Positions 19,375 to 28,320 of a stretch of DNA of 64,000 nt are shown piece by piece (within the stretch, counting starts at the first letter, position 1; the number at the start of each line of letters is the position of its first letter). The stretch spans positions 37,776 to 101,775 of the forward strand of contig JAFGJS010000030.1 of NCBI GenBank assembly GCA_016928995.1, written 5' to 3'. Made by a program: the position numbers and the translations under genes. This DNA comes from Candidatus Sumerlaeota bacterium (GTDB lineage: Bacteria > Sumerlaeota > Sumerlaeia > JAFGJS01). The notes under the pieces are model-generated. The model worked only from the letters and a program-made list of their open reading frames with translations. It did no database searches and was not told the DNA's origin.

Positions 19375-19668
19375 TTGGAGATTGTTGGCATCATAAATCA
19401 TACTGAAAATGTCACGTTTTCAACTGGAAATGCCACATTCCCGGTTGGAAATGTCACATTCCGAACTGGAAATGCCACATTTTCAATTGGGAATGCCATA
19501 TTTCCAACAGGAAATGCCATGTTTTTGATTAGGAATGCCGCGTTTTCAACTGGAAATGCCATATTCCGAACAGGGAATGCCGCATTTCAAACGGGAGTTG
19601 CTATGTTTCTGATAGGAGATGCTGTATTCTTAACTGAAAATGCCGGATTTCCAGTTCGCGGCGCTTGA
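19375..19668 (+). CDS. Possible heptapeptide-repeat ORF (TGNAxFx)n spanning the 21-bp array
   Basis: Open frame with some synonymous variation, but a TTG start, no clear RBS and antisense to the operon. Confidence 0.25.
   Translation: MEIVGIINHTENVTFSTGNATFPVGNVTFRTGNATFSIGNAIFPTGNAMFLIRNAAFSTGNAIFRTGNAAFQTGVAMFLIGDAVFLTENAGFPVRGA
19402..19653. repeat. Tandem array of 12 degenerate 21-bp units, each imperfectly palindromic
   Basis: Consensus ACTGGAAATGCCACATTTYCA with core GGAAATG-N3-CATTTYC; contiguous units, no spacers. Confidence 0.93.
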
Positions 19669-19755
19669 TTTCAGAAACCGAGTTCGACAATCCTCTCGCA
19701 CAGTGAGGATAGAATGAGAGTTAAAGAAAAATTGTGAAATAATCTTATACAGTTT

Positions 19756-20904
19756 TCAATTTTCGAAACGGGAATAGATTTCTTCCAATCGCCGGCCTTG
19801 TTGCGCGGCTTCATAGTTTTTTTCAATGTGCTTGCGGGCCTGCTCGCCGAATTTCAAGCGTGTCTCCGGCTCTAGCGCAAGGCGGCAGATGAACTCTGTC
19901 AACGCATCGCTGTTGCGCTCCGGCGCCAGCAATCCGGTTTTGTCGTGCAGCACCACTTCGGGGATGTCGGCATGCGTGGTGGAGACCACTGGCAGCCCCG
20001 AAGCGCCGGCCTCGATGATCGCCACTGGCGCGCCGCCCTCCGTGTCGCCATTGGCGGCCGTCACGCTTGGTGAAAGAAATAGATCCGCCTGGTGCAGCGC
20101 ATCGAGAAAAAAATCATGCGGCTGATAACCCGTCCATGTGATCTCCTGCTCGATGCCAAGCTCGCCGGCCAGCGCATGCAAAGGCTCTTTCAGCACGCCG
20201 TCGCCGATTACAGTCGTTGCGATGCGCAGCTTTGGCAGTCTTTCGCGAGTCTGCGACAAAGCGCGCAAGGCATATTCGATTCCTTTTTTCTCCTTGAATG
20301 TTCCGGCGATCAACACGCGCAACATGCCCGGCTTCGGTTCGCGCGGCGCGTAAGCGATGCGATCCAGTTCCGTCCCCAAATGATGCACGACGATTTTATC
20401 TTCCGGGCATCCCAAGCCGGTGAGGATCGCCTTCATGTTCGTTCCCTCGACGATGAACAGATCGCCCTCCTCGAACAAGCGCGCATACCTTCTGCGCCAT
20501 AAGGGAATTCGAGGCAAGATGCCCACGTCGTATCCATAAAATCGTGTGACGAGCGGCAGATGATGTTTGCGCTTTAAGCCCAACGCGAAGAATCCATCCC
20601 AGCCGAAATGTGCATGCAGGAATATCGGCGGCAACTCGCGCATCGCCGCGGAATAACAACGAAAATCCACTGGCGGCTGGAAGCCCAGGCGCCGCACCAG
20701 TCGCTCATAATATGATGTCGGCTTACCGGCGCTTTGGGGATTTCGAGAAACAAAAATGCGATCAAGCGGATAGGCATCGAGATTTTTCGTCCGCTGCGTC
20801 ATGATATATGGTTCATAGCGCTTGACGTATTTGAGTTGAGTGTAAAGCCAATTCAGCGTATGGCCCAGATATTCCGGGATCATGTGTGCAATGTATTTAG
20901 GCAT
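19756..20904 (-). CDS. Glycosyltransferase family 4, WcaL-like
   Basis: HAHFG, EKKGIEY and PSVTAANGDTEGGAPVAIIEA motifs. Confidence 0.9.
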   Translation of the reverse strand: MPKYIAHMIPEYLGHTLNWLYTQLKYVKRYEPYIMTQRTKNLDAYPLDRIFVSRNPQSAGKPTSYYERLVRRLGFQPPVDFRCYSAAMRELPPIFLHAHFGWDGFFALGLKRKHHLPLVTRFYGYDVGILPRIPLWRRRYARLFEEGDLFIVEGTNMKAILTGLGCPEDKIVVHHLGTELDRIAYAPREPKPGMLRVLIAGTFKEKKGIEYALRALSQTRERLPKLRIATTVIGDGVLKEPLHALAGELGIEQEITWTGYQPHDFFLDALHQADLFLSPSVTAANGDTEGGAPVAIIEAGASGLPVVSTTHADIPEVVLHDKTGLLAPERNSDALTEFICRLALEPETRLKFGEQARKHIEKNYEAAQQGRRLEEIYSRFEN

Positions 20905-20907
20905 GCT

Positions 20908-21645
20908 TTATTCTTTCTTTTTCCGCGCGACGACCATATACATCCATGTCCATTGCTCAGTCCTGTCGATTTTATCAAGGACATACGCTGTCGCCTGGAT
21001 CATCAGCGAAAGAATGGAAATGATCCGGATCCAATGCAAAAATCCGCGATTCAGGCGATTGATGTTGTAGGCAAACAGCTGTCCGAACGTGACCCAGAAG
21101 CCGGAAAGCGGCTTGATTTCGATGATTTCGAAACCAGCTTTTTCGAAAAGATATTTTAATCCATACTTTGAATAGCGGTAAAAATCCCTTGGCTCTTCAT
21201 GCAGATGCCAGATGAAAGGAACGGAGTATATTGCGATGCCGCTTGGCTTGAGCACACGCCAGCATTCACGCAAAGCCTGCTCAGGCTCTTCGAGATGTTC
21301 CAGCACAGCGGTGCAAAGCGCGGAGTCGAACTCACCGTCATGAGCAGGAATGTCATAAGCCGTGCCGAAGCGATCGATATTTGATTTGTTATGAAGGGTC
21401 GCCTCATGATCAATGCCAACATGCTGAGTGATAAAGGGTGAGAGCATCTTTTCGAATGGCTTTATTCCGCAACCGATATCAACCAAAGATCCGCTAAAAT
21501 ATTTTTGGCTCATGCATTGCAGTTCTTTTTGCAGAATTCCTTGGACGAGCAGATTTAATGAGGAAGCGTTGACTATTCCCAACATTGGATCGTATACCTC
21601 GTCATTGTTTATCAAAATGAGTTTTAACATTTTTTCGGAGTACAT
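20908..21645 (-). CDS. Class I SAM-dependent methyltransferase (true start probably further downstream)
   Basis: VDIGCG, VLEHLEEP, RVLKPSG and PFIWHLHEEPRDFYRYS motifs. Confidence 0.88.
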   Translation of the reverse strand: MYSEKMLKLILINNDEVYDPMLGIVNASSLNLLVQGILQKELQCMSQKYFSGSLVDIGCGIKPFEKMLSPFITQHVGIDHEATLHNKSNIDRFGTAYDIPAHDGEFDSALCTAVLEHLEEPEQALRECWRVLKPSGIAIYSVPFIWHLHEEPRDFYRYSKYGLKYLFEKAGFEIIEIKPLSGFWVTFGQLFAYNINRLNRGFLHWIRIISILSLMIQATAYVLDKIDRTEQWTWMYMVVARKKKE

Positions 21646-22174
21646 TTGCTGGCGTTCCGCCGACTAAAACGTTTTCAGGAACGTCTTTTGTGACAACTGC
21701 TCCTGCGGCAATGACAGCGCCATTTCCGATGGCGACTCCGGGGCTAATGACAGCATTCGCAAAGATCGTCACATCATCACCGATTCGAACGGGAGCGAAG
21801 ATGTGCCGGTCAAAGCGTTCTGTGTAATCGGTGCGGCTGGCGAATATTCCAACTCCGGGGCCGCAGTCAAAGTTGCGCCCAATTTCGATTCCGCCAGGAC
21901 CGCACGCGTAAATCACGCAATTGGGCGAGATGACGCCATTATCGCCGATTGCGAGGCTGCCCGAATGATCACACCACTCCATGCCGCCAAGGTGCAGAAC
22001 AGAGCCAAATTGGATGATGACATGATCTCCCAGCATGAGGTTGTCAAGATCTCCCTTAATATCGACATTGTCCTCAATGCAACACGATGGAAATTTCTTT
22101 TGGATATGCAATCGAATCATTTGTCTTCGAAGGTCTTGCCGGAACTGTCTGATCATGCAGCGGATGATATTCAT
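21602..22174 (-). CDS. Hexapeptide-repeat O-acetyltransferase
   Basis: PVRIGDDVTIFANAVISPGVAIGNGAVIAAGAVVTKDVP; ATGA overlap with the upstream gene. Confidence 0.88.
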   Translation of the reverse strand: MNIIRCMIRQFRQDLRRQMIRLHIQKKFPSCCIEDNVDIKGDLDNLMLGDHVIIQFGSVLHLGGMEWCDHSGSLAIGDNGVISPNCVIYACGPGGIEIGRNFDCGPGVGIFASRTDYTERFDRHIFAPVRIGDDVTIFANAVISPGVAIGNGAVIAAGAVVTKDVPENVLVGGTPANVLRKNVKTHFDKQ

Positions 22175-23187
22175 GATTTGTGTTCCTTGTGTGATTTCTG
22201 CGAGAGGACTTTTTTCGCTCTCCTTAATGCTCCCTTCATTTTGCCTTGCGCTGTCACATAGCCCTTTGCGATAGGCGGCATCATCGTAACCACTGGGCAA
22301 GACAGTTGTTGCGCGCCAAAACTTTCCTTGAACTTCACAACCCCTTCATGGCCTCCGCTAGGATTGAAATCAAACCATTTGTATCCTGCCTGTTTGTAAT
22401 ATTGAATGAGATTAAAATATAGAAACTCGTAGGGCTTCATCGTTAATGCATCGGTGTCCGCTATGGCCAGCCATGACACGACATGGCGTCCCATTTTCAA
22501 AAAAGGCCCTGCGCAGACTAATTGATCCGATGGCGTGAATACGCCCCAAAAATCGCATCCTTCCGATAGACAGACATCGCGAAGAAAATTCAGGTTATAT
22601 AAACTACTCGCCCTATCCCATCGATTGATACAACTTTTATAGATATTATAGTAATCTTCTATAGATTCACGTCCGATTTTGCGTAATTGCAACTGGTTCC
22701 TATCCGCGATGCGCACCTTGCGAGGAATCTGCTTTCGATTCATGCCGGAAATCAATTGTTCCAAGGGTTGTTCCAAATCAAGCGCCTGAGTGAAATCGTT
22801 TCTGATCGATCCTGCGCACTCTTTGAGAAGCGGGTGGAAAGGATTATCGCGCACGTAATAACAGCGTAAAGAGGCAATGAACTCAAGCATAGCCGCTCGG
22901 TCCTGTTCGGAAATCGCTCCTTCGACCAGATAACCGCCATACGTGCCTAATGGCGATGAGATATAATGACGCCATAACCCTCCGGCGATGCCTGCTGAGG
23001 CCAGGGGCAGCAGCACACGCCGTTTTTCGTCGAGGAGAATCAGTTTCGGCGTCAATCGAAGTTTTCGCGCATGGGCGACCATTTCATACCAAGTGCGAGA
23101 ATGAAAATAGGTGGCGTGGCAATTGCGGCTGACAAAATCATCCCATTCATCGTTGGTCGCTGGACGAATCTGTTGGATCACTTGCAT
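22171..23187 (-). CDS. FemAB-like GNAT family acyl/aminoacyl transferase
   Basis: ATYFHSRTW, GTYGG and FDFNPSGGHEGVVKFKESFGA motifs; GAGGA RBS. Confidence 0.8.
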   Translation of the reverse strand: MQVIQQIRPATNDEWDDFVSRNCHATYFHSRTWYEMVAHARKLRLTPKLILLDEKRRVLLPLASAGIAGGLWRHYISSPLGTYGGYLVEGAISEQDRAAMLEFIASLRCYYVRDNPFHPLLKECAGSIRNDFTQALDLEQPLEQLISGMNRKQIPRKVRIADRNQLQLRKIGRESIEDYYNIYKSCINRWDRASSLYNLNFLRDVCLSEGCDFWGVFTPSDQLVCAGPFLKMGRHVVSWLAIADTDALTMKPYEFLYFNLIQYYKQAGYKWFDFNPSGGHEGVVKFKESFGAQQLSCPVVTMMPPIAKGYVTAQGKMKGALRRAKKVLSQKSHKEHKS

Positions 23188-23213
23188 TTCCTCGTGAGTG
23201 TTGTTGCACCGGC

Positions 23214-24551
23214 TTATAATCGACGTTCCCATTCCCGGCGCACTCTTTTCCATAATTCGCGCGATTGCTTCTCAAGCGTTGGGATGCGTTCGCTCAATTG
23301 AGCATGCACGGATTGGCGATTCTTCCATAGTGATTTGATTCGTTCAATCATCATGTCTGTATCCGCAGGATCACAAATATAATCATCTAGTCCGCACATC
23401 ATCGCGAAGCCCTTCAATTTATGCGCTTTGGGTTCCATGCCATAATCGATGATTGCTGTGGGTATGCATTGTGAGATGCCTTGCATCGCGCCATGAATTC
23501 GTCCGCTGATAAGCATCGAGAAGTGACTGATGATGAAATTATTTCCAGACGCGTTATACAAGCCGTTTATGGTGAATACATCATTGGCGATTTCCTGCGG
23601 GATAAGCTCCACAAGCCGTCCGACTAGTTTATGGTCTGGACTTGGGATGAAATTGCAGTCGCTATCGGTCCTATTTTGATGAGACATCACACAAACTCGA
23701 ACTTCTAGTCTTTTCACTAAAGCTTCAACTATACGTATAAAAGGTTCGTATTCCCAATCTTCACGAGGCCATTTATATAATGGAGGTTCTGACATATTGA
23801 TATTACATAAGATCAGTCCGACTAATGGCTTATCATCTGCCGTGATTTTGGGTTCTCGAGTTCGAATTTCATTCACGGACATTGTTTGTAGAGGGCGAAA
23901 GCCGACAGATGGGCATGGAAACCAGACGAATTTCGCACCTGAGAGTCCGATGTGGTTGAGATTGTGATGACTCAACGGTTCGCGCACGGCGACAAGATCG
24001 CATTGTTTCAAAACAAATCGCGCGACAAGCAGGCGAAAGGTAGAGCGAAAGGGACCTGGAGAAGATGCGACGAAGCAGATTTTTTTCTCCATCAATCGTG
24101 CGATCAGGATCGCCATCGACCAAATTAAGAAATGACGAATGCTCTGTGCATTATCACCATACATGTCTCCGCTGAAATCAATCACCAATTCCGCATCAGA
24201 TAGCGCCTTGAGACGAGGACTGCACATTCGCAGCATTTTCAAATCGATTCGAAAAATGCGTTTGGCGATAAACCATGCCAGCGCGCAAAGAAAGTCTATG
24301 CAGCAACGCAGCAGACCTTTATAGCCAAAGGTCCAAAGAGATTTATCACGCAACACATTGATATCCACGTATTGACTGTAGTCGTCGGTCAATTGGAGTG
24401 AAGTCGTGATGGATGAGGTTAGGAATTCCTCCTTCAACGTGCGAAAGAAAGGTTCGACAATGACAAAATTACCGAGATTTTCAAATTCCATCGCGTATGG
24501 ATGCAGGGAGGTCATTCCCGTGACGAAGATTTTTTTTGGATCCTGGGTCAT
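23214..24551 (-). CDS. Polysaccharide pyruvyl transferase (WcaK-like)
   Basis: NLGN, DFSGD, SPGPF, VREPLS and GRIHG motifs. Confidence 0.85.
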   Translation of the reverse strand: MTQDPKKIFVTGMTSLHPYAMEFENLGNFVIVEPFFRTLKEEFLTSSITTSLQLTDDYSQYVDINVLRDKSLWTFGYKGLLRCCIDFLCALAWFIAKRIFRIDLKMLRMCSPRLKALSDAELVIDFSGDMYGDNAQSIRHFLIWSMAILIARLMEKKICFVASSPGPFRSTFRLLVARFVLKQCDLVAVREPLSHHNLNHIGLSGAKFVWFPCPSVGFRPLQTMSVNEIRTREPKITADDKPLVGLILCNINMSEPPLYKWPREDWEYEPFIRIVEALVKRLEVRVCVMSHQNRTDSDCNFIPSPDHKLVGRLVELIPQEIANDVFTINGLYNASGNNFIISHFSMLISGRIHGAMQGISQCIPTAIIDYGMEPKAHKLKGFAMMCGLDDYICDPADTDMMIERIKSLWKNRQSVHAQLSERIPTLEKQSRELWKRVRREWERRL

Positions 24552-25765
24552 TTCCGTTCCTTGAGAATGCGTTTGGTTGACTCATGGGAAGCGTTCGACT
24601 TGAGGCAGATTCGCACTGCCTGGATCACATCGTCAACATCCTCGTCCGTCAGCTTCGCCGAGAGCGGAAGGCTGAGCGTTTGCCTTCCGATGCGCATGGC
24701 ATGGGGATAGTCCTCAGGCTTCCAGCCGAATGTCTCCTGGTAATATGGATGTTCTGGAATACTTAGGTAATGCACGCCGCTTCCAATGTTTTGTTCATGC
24801 ATGGCGCAAAGGAATTCATCGCGGTCGCGGCCTGTTTTTTCCTTATTGATCAACAGCGTGTAAAGATGATGAGCGTGGCGAGTGTCCGGCTCCGGCTCCG
24901 CAGGGCGCTCAACCGGCAAATCCGCGAACGCTTCGTTATATTGATTCCATATTTCTTTCCGCCGCAGCCAATAGGAGTCGATCCGTCGCAGCTGATGCAC
25001 ACCGATGGCGGCCTGAAGATCCATCATGTTATATTTGAAGCCGGGTTCTGTCACCCAATAGTGTTTGTATCCTTGATCGGAGAAACGGCTCCAGGCGTCG
25101 GCGCTCATTCCATGCAGCGCCAGCGTCTTCGCGCGGGCGGCGTAGGCTTCGTTTTCCGTCAGGATCATCCCTCCTTCGCCGGTGACGATGTTTTTGGTCA
25201 CGTAGAAACTGAAGCAACCCAGATCGCCAAACGTGCCTGTCGTATATCCTTTATATTCTGCTTCAATGGCATGCGCGCAATCCTCGATCAATTTCAAATT
25301 GTTCTTGCGAGCAATGGCGCAGAGACGATCCATATCGCACGGGCGTCCGGCGAAATGAACAGGCAGAATCGCGCGAGTCTGCGGCGTAATTTTTGCCTCA
25401 ATCGCCGCCGGATCAATGTTCATCGTGCGAGGATCCACGTCTGCCAGCACCGGCGTCGCGCCTGTGTGGATGATCGCGTTGATCGTGGCGCAAAATGTCA
25501 ATGGCGTGGTGATGACCTCGTCCCCGCGGCCGACTCCAGCCACGATCATCGCCAGGTGCAACGCCGCCGTGCAGGAGTTGACTGCCACTGCGTGCGCGAC
25601 ATTTTTATAGGCCTTGAAATCCGCTTCGAATCGAGCGACCTTGGGACCTGTGCCAAGCCATCCGGTTTTCATGCTGGCAACCAACTCGTCGATCTCATCT
25701 TGTTCGATGATTGGTGATCCGAAGACGAGAAAACGATCCTTGGGGCGCACGGGAACAGACGACAT
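24548..25765 (-). CDS. DegT/DnrJ/EryC1/StrS sugar aminotransferase
   Basis: NSCTAALH, IEDCAHA, FSFYVTKNIVTGEGG and GFKYNM motifs. Confidence 0.93.
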   Translation of the reverse strand: MSSVPVRPKDRFLVFGSPIIEQDEIDELVASMKTGWLGTGPKVARFEADFKAYKNVAHAVAVNSCTAALHLAMIVAGVGRGDEVITTPLTFCATINAIIHTGATPVLADVDPRTMNIDPAAIEAKITPQTRAILPVHFAGRPCDMDRLCAIARKNNLKLIEDCAHAIEAEYKGYTTGTFGDLGCFSFYVTKNIVTGEGGMILTENEAYAARAKTLALHGMSADAWSRFSDQGYKHYWVTEPGFKYNMMDLQAAIGVHQLRRIDSYWLRRKEIWNQYNEAFADLPVERPAEPEPDTRHAHHLYTLLINKEKTGRDRDEFLCAMHEQNIGSGVHYLSIPEHPYYQETFGWKPEDYPHAMRIGRQTLSLPLSAKLTDEDVDDVIQAVRICLKSNASHESTKRILKERK

Positions 25766-25793
25766 GACGGGCTCTCCTTGATGATGCGAACCG

Positions 25794-27299
25794 TTATTTT
25801 TTCGTGAAAACTAATGCCGCGACTGAGAAAATCTCATTGATATCCTTCCATACCGAGGGCAAACCGCGCGCGAAAAGCGCGAATACGATTCCTCCAACGG
25901 CAAGAGAAGCCACAATAATCCATATCATTCCGAACTCGATGAGATAACCGCGCGTGATCCACATTGTCAATCCCATGAGTATGCTGAGCGCGAAGGGATG
26001 ACAGACATTCGAGAATACATCTCCGACACGGATAGGCGAGCGCTTCAACGCGAATGAAAAAACAGGATAGATTAATATATAAGTGCCGATGGTATAACCG
26101 GCGGCGACTCCCAATGCGCCCCATCGCAAGCCGATGATAAAGCAAACGATTCGCACCGTCGTTGAAATGCATGCCCAGGCGAACATCCTTCGTGTTTGGC
26201 CCAGCGTAGTATAAATCCAAGCGATAGCCGTGTTGGTCACAGGCGCCCATATCGCAGCGCAGGCGAGAACCATGAAAATAGAACCGGCGTAATACCATTT
26301 TCGACCCAAGACCAGATCGACAATTTCTGTGGATAGCACGGTCATTGCAACCACAAACGGCATGGTTAAGTAGGCGATAAGCTTGATGGCCTTGAGATAA
26401 AAACTGCGAAAATGTTCTGGCTCATTTTGCATTCGACTGAGCGCTGGGATGGCCACAGCGCTCAGGGGTCCGGTGATTTGGTTGATCGGTAGAAGAAGCA
26501 AAGAATAGGCTTTCGAATAATAGCCTGTGGCTTGCGCCCCGCAATAACGTCCCAGGAGGATTTTATCAAGGTTTCGAGCGAAGTAATTGATAATATTGAA
26601 ACTCGTCAAATAGCCACCGAACGCTAACATCTCACGCACACCCGAGCGTCGTATGGGAAGTCCCGGACGCCAATTACAGGCGAGCCAGACTCCGGCCGCC
26701 ATCGTGAATGGCGTGGCGAGCTGCATCAGCACCAGCGACCAATAACCTAATCCTGCCCATGCACAGGCGATGCCCGTCAGTACGCCAGCACTCAGGCTGA
26801 GTGTGTCAATCACCGCCAGCGCCGTAAAACGCATCTGCCGCCGGAGCAGCGCCTGATGCTGCACCGTAAGTCCGCCGAAGATGAAAGCCAGCGACAGCGC
26901 GATCGTCAGATTAAGCAGTCTCGGCTCGCCATAAAACCAAACGACAAGCGGAGCAAGGGCGATCGTAATCAGCATCAAAGTGGAACTGATGGTCACATTG
27001 ATCCAAAACAGCGTGCTGATCTGGCCGTGGTTGATTTCGGCCTTTTGCACCGTGGCCATGGAAAGGCCAAGGTCTTTGAATATCATAATGAAGCCGGTGA
27101 TCGCCGCCACCATCGCAACCAAGCCAAAGTCCTGCGGCGTCAGCAGCCGGGCCAGAATCATTGTCGAACCAAGTTGCAGGAATAATTTCGCCCCCTGGCC
27201 TAAGAAGGTGATGGCGCCGCCACGAGCGGAACGGCGGCCAAGGTCCTTTTTTAGATCATCCGTTTGAAAAACATTATGATTATGTTGGGCGTTTGACAA
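25794..27299 (-). CDS. Wzx flippase (WzxC-like, MOP superfamily)
   Basis: LARLLTPQDFGLVAM, DLGLS, NLDKILLGR and GYYSKAY motifs. Confidence 0.9.
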   Translation of the reverse strand: MSNAQHNHNVFQTDDLKKDLGRRSARGGAITFLGQGAKLFLQLGSTMILARLLTPQDFGLVAMVAAITGFIMIFKDLGLSMATVQKAEINHGQISTLFWINVTISSTLMLITIALAPLVVWFYGEPRLLNLTIALSLAFIFGGLTVQHQALLRRQMRFTALAVIDTLSLSAGVLTGIACAWAGLGYWSLVLMQLATPFTMAAGVWLACNWRPGLPIRRSGVREMLAFGGYLTSFNIINYFARNLDKILLGRYCGAQATGYYSKAYSLLLLPINQITGPLSAVAIPALSRMQNEPEHFRSFYLKAIKLIAYLTMPFVVAMTVLSTEIVDLVLGRKWYYAGSIFMVLACAAIWAPVTNTAIAWIYTTLGQTRRMFAWACISTTVRIVCFIIGLRWGALGVAAGYTIGTYILIYPVFSFALKRSPIRVGDVFSNVCHPFALSILMGLTMWITRGYLIEFGMIWIIVASLAVGGIVFALFARGLPSVWKDINEIFSVAALVFTKK

Positions 27300-27311
27300 T
27301 AGAGCTGCTTT

Positions 27312-28079
27312 CTACTCAACCAGATAGGCATTCCATCCAAGTCTAAGCGTCGGGCCGCAGCTGGCTTGTTTGATGGGCTTCCCTTGCGAATCTTTTTCGT
27401 TATAAAAGAATCTCAGGGTGCAATTATAGGGGATATCCTGCGTTTCTTCCAATTCCGCCCGCACAACATGCAAACTCGTTTGCCACTGCGACGTCGGCGG
27501 TTGGGGATTGATATTCCACGGTTGGTATTTATAACCCCAATCCCGAAAGCGCTGAGGGATTTTATCCAAATTCGTCGCATCGACAGATCCCAGCAGCTGC
27601 AAGGTATAATCGCTATTCATGGGCTGTTTGACGTCAAACAACCACCATCCATAACACTTCCCATCCTCGTTTGATTTCCTCATCTCAAAAGTCAGAAAAT
27701 CCACTTTGCCGGTGATGATTTCCTGCGGCTTGTAATTCGCGAGCAAGGTGCTCCATTTCTCATGGATCGCCTGCGCAACGGCATCCGATGGGTGTTCGCG
27801 CTGTTGATTGGCCTCTCTCAATGCATAGAGCTCGAATATATCTTCGCATGCTTTGACATCCGTTAAAAGGCCGGAATCTTCGTCCTTCTTCACCGAGTTG
27901 GAATCGTCTTTTTTTTCGGCCTCATGGCTTATCGCTGGTTTGGTTTCAGGAGGTAGAGCTGTTGTCTTCGAACGTTGGGGAAGTGTGTCCTTGCACGCTA
28001 ATGCAGTGAGCGTGCATCCCAAAGCCAAGCACTGCGCCAGTCGGGAATAGAATCCTATATTTATTTGAATCTTTTTCAT
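27312..28079 (-). CDS. Hypothetical lipoprotein
   Basis: Signal peptide ending LTALAC; co-oriented with the operon. Confidence 0.65.
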   Translation of the reverse strand: MKKIQINIGFYSRLAQCLALGCTLTALACKDTLPQRSKTTALPPETKPAISHEAEKKDDSNSVKKDEDSGLLTDVKACEDIFELYALREANQQREHPSDAVAQAIHEKWSTLLANYKPQEIITGKVDFLTFEMRKSNEDGKCYGWWLFDVKQPMNSDYTLQLLGSVDATNLDKIPQRFRDWGYKYQPWNINPQPPTSQWQTSLHVVRAELEETQDIPYNCTLRFFYNEKDSQGKPIKQASCGPTLRLGWNAYLVE

Positions 28080-28119
28080 CGTCCATGGCTCCAGAATTCG
28101 ACTCTGAATCGATCATTTC

Positions 28120-28149
28120 AGTCTTCAATGATGATTGAACGCTTGTCAA
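28120..28149 (-). promoter_or_regulatory. Putative promoter TTGACA-N18-AAGACT upstream of the lipoprotein/flippase genes
   Basis: Same boxes and spacing as 4076-4105. Confidence 0.4.
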
Positions 28150-28320
28150 GCCGGTTTGCTCGAAGAGGAAACTTTGAGATTCACAAAGAGCTGGCTTACA
28201 ATCAAATCAACTGAGAAGACTTTATGGTATCCGTTGCTTAGAATCTACTTCTTTTGATGTGATCCATAGTCCGCCGGATTTGCACAAGGGCGGTTCAAAG
28301 TTTTTTTGCGTCGTCGATGT

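Noticed and set aside
19402..19653. CRISPR array
   Set aside because: Units are contiguous with no unique spacers, and no cas genes are present.
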